A DNA stretch of 64,000 nt from Flectonema sp. DT1601 (Eukaryota), in assembly GCA_964019425.1 (NCBI GenBank), contig OZ025786.1, forward strand, positions 434,001 through 498,000, written 5' to 3'. A model generated the notes under the pieces. It saw only the letters and a program-made list of their open reading frames with translations, ran no database searches and was not told the origin of the DNA. Numbering within the stretch: position 1 is the first letter of the stretch; each line of letters starts with the position of its first letter. The translations under genes were made by a program, and so were the position numbers. Below, in pieces: positions 1-12,924 of this stretch.

Positions 1-3
1 ATT

Positions 4-1767
4 ATGGAAATTTTCATTGACAACACTTCAACAGGAGAAGTGTACACTTTGAATGTCACTGCAGACATGCGACTAAGGGAAGCCTGTGATGAAATATCCA
101 ACCAAAGTGGAATAGACCCAAACCTAATAGCACTCCTCTACGAAGGAGAAAATATTGTGAAATTAATCGGAAACGATCCGCTTGTTAGTCTTGGAATCTC
201 TGGTGGTGAGAATATGCAATTATCTCTTTCGATAAAAGCCCAAGCAATAAAAGATCTCTCAAGAATTGGTATAACAATTTGTAAGGATACGAACTATGAC
301 TTTGAGCTACAAGTTATCATCAGAGGTGATTATCACGGTTCACGAATTGAACTGTTGAAACTAATGGACCAAGCTGGTGTTTCTATAACTAATTCCCACA
401 AAGTCTTATCACGAGCATTGAGACATGAAGAGCTATTTATAAAACTACTCGAAATGGGAGGTAACATCAACTGCGTAAACCCTCGTGGTGAGACACTCTT
501 TCATAATTGTCTTAATCATGACACGCAGATATTTAGAATGTTGACGAGACTAAACGCCGACTTACAAATGACAACGTCAGCAATCCATCCTCTTCTTTTA
601 GCTGTAATTCATTATAATTATGATTTTATTCAAGCGTGTCTTGGTAATATGGACCTTGATGCTCCACGTGACATCAACGGTAAAACTGCACTTCACATTG
701 CCGTCTCAAAAAACCATCAATCAATAGATGTGTTACTTGAAGGTGGTGCTTCCTTACTTATAAAAGATCACAATGGGTTTAATGCTGTTCATCATTCTAT
801 GAGTAGCTGTGAAAACACAATCACTCTACTTAGTAAGCATGCAGACTTTAAAGAAGCATTGAGAGCTAAAGATAATTACGGCAGAACTCCTAGATTTGTT
901 CTTCAAACCGAAGAGTGCAGAAAGTACAATTTAGTTTTACTTGGTGTTTTTGAAGAAAATGGCATTACGACGTCTCCTCCGGATAATAATGGAAATACAG
1001 TTCTTCACTTTCAAGCGGAATTTGATGAGATTAGCCATAGCGAAGCACCTGCTATGGGAGATTTCTCTGCAGTTAACTGCAATGGTGACACACCGATTCT
1101 CTGTGCAATTCGTAAAGGGAATTCAAAAGCTGTTAAGGACCTTTTGGTATTAGGTCCTAAGAATATTGTAAATGATAAATCCAGACAAGGGAATACAACA
1201 CTCCACTGTGCTGTCATTAATCTTAAAGTGGATGTGATGTTTATGTTATTAGAAGCTGGGGTTGATATTACTGCTTGTAACTGTGCTGGAAAAACTGCTT
1301 TCGACATCACAAACGGTCATGTCTTAAAACAAGTATTAAACAGATTCGAAAATAAAACACCGCCTCCGAGTGGAGTTAACGAAAAAATAAAATATAAGCA
1401 AAAAACCAAATCTCAAAGTGGGGGTTTTTCAATTCGTGAGGTGGGTTTTGTTGTGTTAGCACTCTGTTGGTTTTTGTTGTTATTATTCCCTGACTTGGTT
1501 ACTTTCATTGTTGAGTACGTTGGAGGTTACTCCATGATAACTTCTGTGGTTTCTGTGATTTCTGAGAGACATGAAATACTAAAAATATCGAATTACACTT
1601 CTGCTCTATCTGAGCAGGTTGCCAACAAATTATCTTCTCTTAACATTTCGTATGTTGAATATGCTGCTGACGTTGAAAGTCCCTTTTCATACCTCCCCTC
1701 GGTTGCTACATGGATTAATGATGGCTTAATGGCGGTATGTCGTAAAGCGAGTATCCTTTTTATGTGA
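4..1767 (+). CDS. Ubiquitin-like domain + ankyrin repeat protein with C-terminal transmembrane segment
   Basis: N-terminal ~75 aa resemble a Ubl fold (MEIFIDN..LLYEGE..LGISGGE). Several ankyrin motifs (GKTALHIAV, GDTPILCAI, GNTTLHCAV). Hydrophobic stretch VGFVVLALCWFLLLLF. Confidence 0.85.
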   Translation: MEIFIDNTSTGEVYTLNVTADMRLREACDEISNQSGIDPNLIALLYEGENIVKLIGNDPLVSLGISGGENMQLSLSIKAQAIKDLSRIGITICKDTNYDFELQVIIRGDYHGSRIELLKLMDQAGVSITNSHKVLSRALRHEELFIKLLEMGGNINCVNPRGETLFHNCLNHDTQIFRMLTRLNADLQMTTSAIHPLLLAVIHYNYDFIQACLGNMDLDAPRDINGKTALHIAVSKNHQSIDVLLEGGASLLIKDHNGFNAVHHSMSSCENTITLLSKHADFKEALRAKDNYGRTPRFVLQTEECRKYNLVLLGVFEENGITTSPPDNNGNTVLHFQAEFDEISHSEAPAMGDFSAVNCNGDTPILCAIRKGNSKAVKDLLVLGPKNIVNDKSRQGNTTLHCAVINLKVDVMFMLLEAGVDITACNCAGKTAFDITNGHVLKQVLNRFENKTPPPSGVNEKIKYKQKTKSQSGGFSIREVGFVVLALCWFLLLLFPDLVTFIVEYVGGYSMITSVVSVISERHEILKISNYTSALSEQVANKLSSLNISYVEYAADVESPFSYLPSVATWINDGLMAVCRKASILFM

Positions 1768-2216
1768 TGTGAATGTTATCTTTTATCTCCGTCGTTGTGA
1801 AGTAACAATTACTAGAGTACTTCTGTTCTTCTTGTGGAACTCATTGAAATCTTTTTTCTCTTCTTTTGTATTTAACAAGTACACGTAAACCTCCTTTAGC
1901 TTTATCGGTTTAAGTCGGTTCACGGTTTTGTGCAAAAACAAAGTGTTTGATGCCCCGATGATTCACATTATCGGCTTGCGTTTTTCCACTATTTGTTTAA
2001 AATAATTTCTTGATTAATTCCTTCCTGTTTTTATTTTTATTTTTCATTGCTAGCAGTTGCCATTCTAACCTTTGCTTCATGTCGGTATTTTTTTTTTCTT
2101 CTTTTTTTGCTCGTCCGAACTTCTATACTAACTTAACATACCCAACCTTTACAAAGTATAATTATATAAATCATATTTCTTTCCCTTTAGTCATTGCGGG
2201 GGGACACGTGTCAACA

Positions 2217-4861
2217 ATGGAACGACGTCAATCTCAGGTTGGAGGAACAGCTTCATCGTACATGGATAAAGCAACAAGAAGTTCTATCTCAGGAACTAGC
2301 AGTGTGACTAACAAACCAAGTCAAATAAAGAAAAGAGACGTTCGGAGAGTAGAAAAAACAGATCAACGAACAAGAGTACTGGACCCTGAAGGAAGAGACA
2401 TTGACAGAACACCACACAGTTTAATTAAAACAGCTCCACAAACTAAAACCGTAAAGAGAACAAAAGGAAAAGATGAAAGCGGATGGGGTGTCAGTGCTTC
2501 AGTTGCAGAAGGATCTCAAAGTAGATTAGAGTCGAGTGACTCCGGCTCTGAATCATCAAAAGTTGAATCTGACAATGAAAGCGACGATGAAGATTCTCTC
2601 ACTGGTATGGAACGTTTAGCACTTGACGACACAGCTGACACCAGTAGCATGGACTCTCGCCTTCCAGAGGATAAGCGCAAGAAAAAAGAAAAATCTCAGG
2701 GCGCTTCAGAAGATACTTCAGAAGAAGGCCTCCTCTCCAAACTCGGAGGCCGTGAAACTCCGACTAAGGATCGACCCCGTCGCAAAGATCGAGAAGATGT
2801 CGCATCAGCCACATCCAAGAAGAAAGAAATGACGTGGCAAGAAAAGAAAGAATGGAGAGAGGCTCCTGGCACAGTCACTCTCTCTGAGACACCAACTTTT
2901 TTCCTATTGGAGAAACCTGATGAACAGATTTGTATTAGTGGTGATGCTCTTGAAGAAGACACTAGTGAACTCCGAAAGAAGTTCGATCGCTACTTCAACT
3001 TTTGCGCCAACAGCAAAGGTAATGATAGGTATGCTAATAGCCTCATCGAGTTTTTAATTACTAATTTAAATATTAACAAAACCAAATCATTTAAAATCAG
3101 GTACGCCGAGAGAGGAATGTTAACACTAAACGAGCCATCGAAGAACAAAGAATCTCAAAAGGCTCTACCTGCTGTTGCTTCTGCCAGTATGAATTTTTAT
3201 TTAAAAAAAAAAAACTTTCTTCTTATCAACCACCTGATCATTTAAAACAACTAAATCCAGGATGTGGAGTAACCGTATGGGATATTCACGATACTATAAA
3301 ACAACTTGAAGACGAAGAAGGTCAAGAAGATGTAGTTGGTGTTGGTACTACAGAAGGAGCTGAAGGAGGTGAAGCAACAGGAGTTGATGATGGTGATGTA
3401 GATGATGAAACCTCAATGATGATGCAAGAATTCGATGACGACACTGGAGATGAACACCACAGAGACAAACATCACAGAAAGAAGCTTTGGATGCAAGCAC
3501 CCAACGTAATCGAACGTCTGATGGTAGTCGAGAGAGTCATCGTAAATAACATCTGGCACGTTGAACAGCTACTCTACAGAAATATAAATTCCTCAGCATT
3601 TGAGACTACCGATAGCACGACTAAGAAGAGTGGCCAACCTCAGAGTGAGAAACCAGAACGCAGTCCATCAGACGATGACGTCGGCAAACCAGCCCAACGA
3701 GAGAACGATTCGAATTCGAGAGCAGAATCAAAAATAAGAACCCTTTGGAGATTTGGATGTGACTTAACAAAAGATAAGAACGTTAGTTGTCAATCATGGA
3801 ATCGAGGAAATCCTGATTTACTAGCTGTTGGTTATGGTGAGTACGGTATCCCTGACACAGATGGTAAAAGTTACGATGGTATGGTTTGTTGTTGGTCAGT
3901 TAAGAACCCGGTTCACCCAGAGAGGGTTATGAAAATACCAAATGCCGGAGTCAGCTCTGTAGACTTTTCTCACCATCACCCTAGTCTTCTAGCAGTTGGT
4001 AACACAGACGGTACTCTTGCTCTCTATGACGTTAGGAAGCAAGGTTCTACACCAGCATTAAAATCAACTGTCCAAGGAGGTCAACACACTGGAACTATTT
4101 GGGAAGTGAAGTGGGTTGACAAAGGAAGAGAACGAAACAATGATTTAGTATCAATCTCAGCTGATGGTTTAATAAAACAATGGACTTTCAAGAAAGGATT
4201 AGAATGTCAGTGTACATTAATGAGACTAAAAAGAAGTCAAAATGATACACAAGGTCCTGGTCACAAAGGGGAAGCTTTACTATCTCGACAGTCTGGTGGA
4301 ATGTGTTTAGATTTCAGTCCATCAGAACCAATAATGTATGTTGTTGGTACTGAAGATGGAACAATCCATAAATGTAATACAAGTAATCAAGAACAATACA
4401 TACAAGATTATGCTGGTCATAGTGATCCAGTTTACAGAGTTCGATGGCATCCATTCTGCTCAGATTATTTCTTGTCGTGTAGTGCTGATTGGACAGCACG
4501 TCTTTGGCATGAAAAGAAATACGAAGCAGTCAGCTCTTTTGATTCAACACACGATGCTATTCATGATGTCGTATGGTCTCCTTCTAATGCTTGCATCTTT
4601 GGAACTGTAACTTCAACTGGTAGAGTTGATGTTTGGAATGTCGCAGAACCACTCGAACCAGTTGCTTCCCTTCAACTTGATGATCGATCACTCAATTGTG
4701 TTCTATTCGCACAACAAGACTCACCAGTTTTAACTGTAGGAGATAATAAAGGTGATGTCACTGTTGTTAAATTAAAAGGCTCTGAATTTGAACGTCCAGC
4801 CAGAAGCGCTGAAGAACAAGGAGACTACTTCACTCAAGTTGTTAAAAAGAATACTCAGTAA
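2217..4861 (+). CDS. Axonemal dynein intermediate chain, WD40 (DNAI4/WDR78/IC138-like); introns 3029-3100 and 3187-3260
   Basis: Dynein-IC motifs NPDLLAVGYG, VCCWSVKNPVHPER, VVGTEDGTIHKC, FLSCSADWT. Two GT-AG introns join the ORFs in frame, giving ...RCGVTVWDIHD... Confidence 0.85.
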
Positions 4862-5260
4862 CACAAATACACTACCGTGTGATGGTTTCCACCATTGTGC
4901 CTCTCAGACTATGAGGTGCACTGAATAGTAGTTTTTACTTGCGGTTAGTCGTTTTGATTTCCGTAACCGCCATTTAGTTCTTTTGATTATTCTGGAATCA
5001 GTTTTGTATTCAGAAGTGAAGCTTAAAAAAAAATAGCATTACCCCCACAAACTTCTTGTTGAATAAACAAATTAAAAAAAAAAAAAAAACGCTTCGATTT
5101 TTTTTTTTTTTTTGCCTAATATCTCTTATTAATTTCCCACTTTAACAAACTTAACGTCTTAAAGGGCGCAGCAGTTGTTGATTTGTTATTTTTGTTATCA
5201 ATTCTTTTTTTTTTTTTTCCCCATCCAGACTATACTCATATCTCCCCTACATCAATAAAT

Positions 5261-7092
5261 ATGAGCGACCTTCCCACTGTTAATGAAGACATCCAAACAG
5301 ACTACACACAAATAGGAACAGTGTATGCTGCTTGTTTAGCTGTTGTTAAAGTAGTTTATTTACATTACACGCTTAGCTCGTTAGAGATTCAGGAACGATG
5401 GAAAATTGAGATGGTTGAAGAAGAGCAACGAGCTATCATATTAGCTCAGGTTGGGGGAAGGGTTGAAAATGAAATAATTAATATTCGTATGAAGTCAGAA
5501 ACAGCTCCTCTACTTGTAAATATCCCTCCTAGTGATAGCAACCTGTTATTCAGATTGGTCTATTCTTCAGCAGCAGCAGCGACATTAGCAGAGGCTGTTC
5601 CTACAATTAGTTCACTGTCTGCCAGCTATAACTCGAAGCATAATTTGTCTAGTCATTTGTTGTTCACTTCTCCGTTTTTATTTCAGGTTCTTGAAGGTCC
5701 ATTTTTTGAGTTAGAATCTGTTTGGCCAAAAATATATTTCAATCGACACCATCACAACGTCAGTCTCATCTCCTGTACTCATTGCAAGAAGCGAGTCTTT
5801 CGTGAAAGAGGTTTAAGAATCACCACTATTCATCCATGTAGTGGATTGAAAGGTACAACTATATTAGGCTTGTTCCAGACTCTTGGTCACGTATGCTGTT
5901 TTTTATTTTCAATTTTGTGAGAAATTAGTAGAACATAATAACAAACAGATAACTATGACATCAATGGTATATGATGGGTTTTATCAAAGTGACAAAAATA
6001 GAAACAGAGTGATCACTGATGACGTTATTGAAGATAAGGAAGTCACAACACAATCAGGAAAACACGTTCAGATTATCGCATTGGTGTTTAGTGTTGTTGA
6101 TGATGAATGTAGAGAAGAAATATCGTCAACTCTGAGTGGTATTTTACAAACTTCTTGGGTTAATGATCTGCAAGAAATCTTTTCCAGCAGAGATCGAATT
6201 GTCTTCGCGACTCCCGTTTCCACCAATGCTGTTGATTTAGCTGTTTTTTTGACCGAAGAAATAAACACTCGTCACTCAGGGGCAACCTGTTCTTTTGGGA
6301 TAGCTTCCGGAAACATCTACTCATGCATTCGTAAAACATGTATTTCATCTCATTCCTATATTGGTAAACCCATTAATGATGCAATTTGGGAAGCATTTAA
6401 TAAAATGTCACTACCGCAGTTCTCAAATTTAAATATCAGAGACAGTCCTTACGAGTTTGACTTTCCACAAGATGCCCTAGTTCAATTGATTTACACAGGT
6501 ATGTTATGATATGTATCTGTTGTAATAATTACTGTCCCCCCATCATCCAGGTTTGGCCGAACTCTATATTCGTTTTAGCCAGTTTCAAGTTGCTTTATGT
6601 TTAATCACAGTATCAAGTTGCCCCCCATCATACTAAAATAGGTATACCCAAAGACCTAACCACCGTAGCTGGTAGCGTTAGATTAATAATTTCACAAGTG
6701 TCTAGTGAGGTATTTGATAAAATGATAATCATAGGATCACAAAAATGTAATATCCTTCTTCACGTAATGGAAGGAACGTACAGTGATCTCGGAAGTATAT
6801 TTGCAACCCTTCAATCGCCTAATTCTATTTTAAAACATTGTTGGCTGTCTTCTATTTCAAATATAACAGACAGGACACTTGACGATGATGTTTCACCGCT
6901 GCAGGTGTGTAATTTTGAGGGAAGAATTTTTTTTTGTACCTACAAACCCATTGTTCGGTAGAAAGAGAATTGTGGCAGCGTAACTACCTATTCCTTTATT
7001 AGGATTTTCTACCGGTTGCGCACAAACAAAATAAAAGTGTGAGTTAGTAAGTAAAAAGTGAAGTTTGCCGATTCTTTTTTTTTTTTTTTTAA

Positions 7093-7125
<33 letters not shown>

Positions 7126-7863
7126 CGATAGATCATTGGAGGTGATCTCTGGGGGCAGACTCTTCGACTTGTAACTAAACACATCTCACCCAAAATGATT
7201 CCTGAAGTACTTCGAGGTTTATCTTCTAAGAATTTATCTCTGGCTTCTGTTGGAAGGATGGTTTTGGAAGTGAGAGTGTACGTTACAGTGATTCCTTGTT
7301 CTGTTGATGAAGACTTAGAAAAGTGTTTCAATCTAATCATAAATTCTGCTAAAGGTCTCCGTTGGTTAGATTTCATTGAAATAAGTGATAGAATATCATT
7401 ATCTTGTTCTGAGGATAATATTATTCGAATGTTTCACTTTTGCATTGCGATTTCAAAAGTTATAAAGTTAAGAATTGGATCGCAGTCTTGGTTGGCTATT
7501 GGACTCTCAGCTGGTAAATCAACAATGGGTCATATCCGGAATCCGTTAAAACCCTTATTCTATATCTGTGGTGAACATGTTCACAGATCATGGTTACTTT
7601 CAACAACTGTTATGAAGAAATCTAATGCACGAGGTTCCTCTTTCTTAGCCACACCAGAAGCTGTACAACTAGCCCGATTATACTCCCCATATGATCCTGT
7701 AATTGGAGTTGGTAGTTGTGGTATGAGTAAGTTAGCCACATGGGATGTCTTCTCTGTTGATCATCCGAACACTGACATGCCATCAAGGAGTTCATCATCA
7801 CCTTATTATCTCTGTAAAAGACCTTTACAATTATCTTCAATAGAAGATATTATGTTGGAATAA
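5261..7863 (+). CDS. Four-exon hypothetical protein with degenerate class III nucleotide-cyclase-like segments; introns 5891-5948, 6499-6641, 6905-7131
   Basis: Three GT-AG introns join four ORF-track segments in frame. FGIASGNIYS..YIGKPINDA and IGLSAGKSTMG..YICGEHVHRS loosely resemble the cyclase IGIHSG..GDTVN motif. Confidence 0.55.
6930..7030. repeat. Short dispersed MITE-like repeat, copy 1 (intronic)
   Basis: tttgtacctacaaacccattgttcggtagaaagagaattgtggcagcgtaactacctattcctttattaggattttctaccggttgcgcacaaa recurs with few differences at ~40498-40597. Confidence 0.75.
7093..7125. repeat. (AAT)n microsatellite in intron
   Basis: About 11 consecutive aat units. Confidence 0.9.
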
Positions 7864-8183
7864 ATTATTGTGAGTTACACTTGTCTGTAGCGTCGTTCTG
7901 GTAGGGTGCTTCTGCAACCAGCAGGATGATCGCTCTTACATTTACCGTCTATTTAGATTTAAGTTAAAAGTTGCGAATGGATATTTTTGGTGTTTAGTAT
8001 TATTTTGCTTTACAGTCTGTCAGTTCTGCGTCAGCTTGTCGCTGCAACTGCAACTTCAGCATGATGAGTGTTAGGTAGTATGAGGTGTATTGTGTAATGG
8101 CTGTGATGATGGGAAGAGTTTGTGCCTCGTGTTTTTCGTGTCGTTATTTTATTCTCTCCCAGCCGCACCCCCACACCTTTAAA

Positions 8184-8704
8184 ATGTCCGGAATGATTGA
8201 CAAGGAACGTTATGAGGAGCTGAAGAAGAAGCGTCAGTTCAAGAAGTTCATGTACAGAGGTATTGAGACTGATGACCTCTTGAAGCTCACTAACGAAGAG
8301 CTCACTGACATGGTGTGTGCCAGAGCCAGAAGAAGATTCCAGAGAGGTCTTAAGAGAAAGCCAATGGCCCTCATCAAGAAACTCAGAAAGGCAAAGAAGG
8401 ATGTCCCTATGGGTGAGAAGCCTCCAGTATGTGTTTTTTCAACAAGTATTAACAGATAAATGAGACATCAATATAACAACAACAACAGCCAGTGAAGACT
8501 CACCTCAGAAACATGATCATCGTTCCTGAAATGATCGGATCAGTTGTCGCGGTATACAACGGAAAGGTCTTCAACTCTGTTGAAGTTAAGGGTGACATGG
8601 TTGGACACTACCTTGGTGAGTTCTCAATCACATACAAGCCAGTTACTCACGGTAGACCAGGTATTGGTGCCACCCACTCTTCCAGATTCATTCCTCTTAA
8701 GTAG
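8184..8704 (+). CDS. RPS15: 40S ribosomal protein S15 (uS19); intron 8427-8488
   Basis: [57 protein letters not shown] is the canonical uS19 sequence. A 62-nt GT-AG intron restores the frame. Confidence 0.98.
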
Positions 8705-8940
8705 ACTCGTCTTCTTGCAAAAGGTTTTTGCGGCGGGTTGATGTAATGAGGAGGGGAAGCACAAAAAAAAAAAAAAAAAAAAAAAAAGTATTCAAAAAAA
8801 AAAAAAAAAAAAAAAGGTAAGGCATTTTCATCTAAATTTTCTTTAGTGAAGTGACTGCTACAAAAAAAAAACATAAAATAGTTTATCTTCTGTTTCTTAA
8901 ATTTATTATTTCAATGACAGGACTACTACTAATCAGTCGG

Positions 8941-11413
8941 ATGGATGACGTCCTCCAATCCGCCCCCCCCATGCCGTACTTTGTAAGGGAGGGTACGAAT
9001 ATGGATGATAATACTCTTGGTATTGATGTAGATGACTACACAACAGGTCTATTAAGGGTTCCCCCAGTCAATGCCAGACCTAACAGTGCTCCTGCTGCGA
9101 TGCCAAGTATGAATTATTTTCTAAAAAAATGTTAATGATGATAATTATTTTAACAATGAAATTAACACAATCAGACATCCTACCTCTGAAGAATCAAACC
9201 CCAAACATGGTTGATCATTATCAGAGGGTTGTTGACAAGTCAGATGATCTGTTTTCATGTTTAAATGAGAAGAGTGGATTGTTGTCGACACCAATTCAAG
9301 GATCGTTAGATTTTAATTTTCCTGTTTCATCTGATAACGATACGCAGTGTTCGTTTGCTATCAGTTTAGAACAAGAGTTACGAAAGGATGCAGAGGTTCG
9401 TGGAAGGAGTTTATCACCGAAGAAGAGTACTTTTGAATATCCTTTTAGAGAAGAAAGTCCTCCACCTGTACGACGTGACATCATTCATCGTGATCCACTA
9501 AAAACTGAAGACTTATCAAAACTGAGATTACAACAGCAGGAATTGGCTAATCAGCTTCGATTCCTTCAGGAACAGGAATGGGCAATTCTTGAGAGGCGCC
9601 CTTCTCTTGAAGGGGAGAGTACTCCTCCTTCTGTTCCACTAGACTCGAGTGGTAAGCAACCTTCTGTGTCATCATTTCAGAGAGATGTTGTTCGCAACTT
9701 TGGATCTGAATTTTCAAGCAGCACTCCGACAAGTAACACTACCCCACTCACACCACCATCAAGACAACCGATTATGGCTGTTTCTCCTCCCTCGTCACCA
9801 CCTTCTGGTAAGCCTTCTAACCTTACTCTTAAGCAACTCCTTATGCCTCACATGGTATGTATTGTTTTGTGTGTTGGGTATTGTTAATTTTATAATGTGG
9901 TTTGCAATAAATTTTAATAAAATCAGCTTGACCTCACGAAGAACCCACCGCCACCTGGATCACGACTGGAACAATTTGTTGGACAGATTGGTGCTGTGGC
10001 TAAAGATCAGCATGGGTATGTGTTAAAATTATTCTTTGAAAAAAAAGAAAAAAATTTATTACGCAAAAAAAAAAAAATGATAAAAAAAACAGATGTCGAT
10101 TTCTTCAGAAACTATGTGAAGAAGGTCATCCCAGAGAGATAACTCAAATATTTGATGAAATTGCAGTTTTAGCAGGTGAAATGATGATTGACCCGTTTGG
10201 TAATTATCTAATGCAAAAACTATGTGAGCATTGCTCAAACCATCAGAGAACGGTTTTAGTAGAAAGTGTTGCCGCAGAGATACCAAACGTTAGCACCAAC
10301 ATGCACGGAACTAGAGCTGTTCAGAAGGTTGTCGATCAATTAAAAACACCTGAGCACATTAATATTATCAGAAATGCATTATCAAAACACGCTGTTGAAA
10401 TGATAAAAGATCTAAACGGCAATCACGTTATTCAAAAATGTCTTCAAAAATTCGATACCGAAAGCAAGCAATTCCTTTATGACTCAGTTTGTAATAGATT
10501 ACGTGAAGTTGCTATGCATAGACATGGTTGTTGTGTGTTGCAACGATGTATTGATTTTGGTTCGACTGCTCAGCAGACGCAGTTGATTAACGAAGTCGTT
10601 AAGAATGCTCTTCCTCTTGTTCAGGATCCGTTTGGTAATTATGTTGTTCAATATGTACTTGATTTAGACTCTCCGCAGATTAATAAAAATATTGTACAAA
10701 ATTTCATCGGATCCCTAGCAAAGTTAGCAACCAATAAATTCAGTAGCAATGTTGTAGAGAAATGTTTGAAGACGTCAACACCTGAGATTCGAACGTTACT
10801 TTATCAAGAATTGACTTCCAACCCACAACACTTACCAAGAATGCTTCAAGATCAGTATGCTAATTATGTTATTCAAACGGCTTTTGGAATAGCAAATCCA
10901 CAAGAGTTTCAAATGCTTTCGAATGCAGTTCGTCCATTCTTATCCGTGATAAAGAACACTCCTCATGGAAAGAGAATTGAATCAAAGATGAACAGAGGAG
11001 GAGGAGGAGGAGGAGGTGGAGGGGGAGGCAGTGGGACATCAACAGAGTCTCACAGAAAGGAAACCTCATCTTCAGGAGGGAAAACTCAGGTCCAGCAAGT
11101 TGCTGAATCTGGGAAGGGAAAAGGTGGTAAAAGACAGTCAAGCGGAGGACCACAAAAAGAATTCAGCGGATCTTCTCGTTCATGGGGACAATGGCAGCAA
11201 CAAGTTACACAACAACATCAACAGCACCAACCGCAGCACCAGTGGAATCCAAAATCGACAGGAACTCAGAGTGGAACTAATTGGGGAGATGCTCAACGAG
11301 GAAACCGTAACAATAACAACATTCGACTCAACGCCAATGCAATGCCGTACACAGGAGGTTTACGGCCGGATGCTCCTGCCTACGCTCCAAGTGAGATTTC
11401 ACAACAGTGGTAG
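8941..11413 (+). CDS. Pumilio/PUF RNA-binding protein; introns 9107-9174, 9855-9926, 10016-10092
   Basis: Spliced product has eight PUF repeats (DQHGCRFLQK, DPFGNYLMQK, NMHGTRAVQK, DLNGNHVIQK, HRHGCCVLQR, DPFGNYVVQY, NKFSSNVVEK, DQYANYVIQT) and a Gly/Gln-rich tail. Confidence 0.95.
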
Positions 11414-12924
11414 TCGTTATTCTTATCACCAAAAACTAAATAGATTATTTGAGAAACAATCATTAAGACTTTCTATTTTCATAGACGAGTCCTATTCTCC
11501 CTGCTGAAAGCTGAACCAAAATAATTGGTTACGCTCTCAATAACAGGGACGTTGTATTTTGTGACATAGTAAGTTGTGTTTATCTACAGCTATGCTGTAG
11601 GTACTCTGCGGGGGGAATATGATCCTCATTAAGGCTGTTTGCTATATTTTATTTCAACTTGTGAGTGGGGGAAAAAAAAAACGAGGGGAAAAAAAAGATT
11701 TAGTGAGTGGACTTACGTGTTGGATTTTCCTTTTTTTTTTATTTATTTTGCAAATCTCTCCAACTTTTTTCTTTCCTTTCCACAATTCAAACGTCATCAT
11801 GTAGATGAAGTTTTTTCTTCTTTTTTTTGTGAACACTTGTGAAATTGTGTCGTTGTAATCTCTCAAGCATTTTAAGCTGTTACAAACGCATAGCTACTGC
11901 TATGCAGGGCATTAGGATTCTTTCTCTTGTCTCTTCTTTATTTACTTGTTTGCAAAACTAGTGGGAAAAAAAAATGAAGCAGACATTTTAAAGATTTTTT
12001 TTTTTTTTTTTTAATTGCATTTTGTCACTTCCCATTTTCTGTACAACATTTCTTTTAATGAGACGTTTATCGAAGAAAAAAAAAAAAAAAAAAATGAATT
12101 AATGGTCGGGGGATGATTGAAAATGATTATTTATTTTATTTTATTATTTACACCGCATTACCAGTCATTTTATTCACTTTACAGTGATAGTTTCTTTTAT
12201 GATAGTCGTAATGTACAAAAAAAAACCAAAACAAAACAACTCCGTTCTACCTCTCCCAACCCCGTTTATCTCCCTTTTAACGAGCGGTCTCATCTTTTTC
12301 TCGGTTTTGAACGGTATCGTGACGTTCAAAAAAAAAAATAAATAAAAATAAGGTAACATAAAAATATAATAATCACATTGTACATCACGTGTATCAGTAC
12401 AGCTGCTTTGAGGCTTTGTAGCAGCCAAAGAAGTTTTTTTAACTGTAAAATTAATAATTCTGTTCTGCGATTTTTAAAATATAATTTAGTGGGGTAAGTA
12501 ACTGAGACCTAGCTGGGAACCTCCTACAGACTGAACAGAATATATCGACTTGTTTTTAAAAAAAAAAAAAAAAAAATAAGTCCTTTTCCTCTTTCCATAA
12601 TCCCACCATCACATTTAACAAGCAGGTTTGTTCGCTGAACTCTCTTGATTGCGCTCTTCTCTTGTCCCCTTCACTGGACCCCTCCTGCCCAGAAGCATAA
12701 AAGCGGAAAAGAAAAAAACGAGGGAACAATTTTTTTTTCTTCTTTTTTTATAACAATGTAACGTCTGATATTATTTCCCCTCAATTCTATTTGACAGGTT
12801 TTTTAATACACGAAAAACAGTAGTATTACTTCTAAGGCAGGGACTGTGGGATCCATTCTTGACGAATCGTTAATGAGTGATAGTTAATGCTGTTCAACCA
12901 CTTCCCCTTCACACAGTCATCAAA

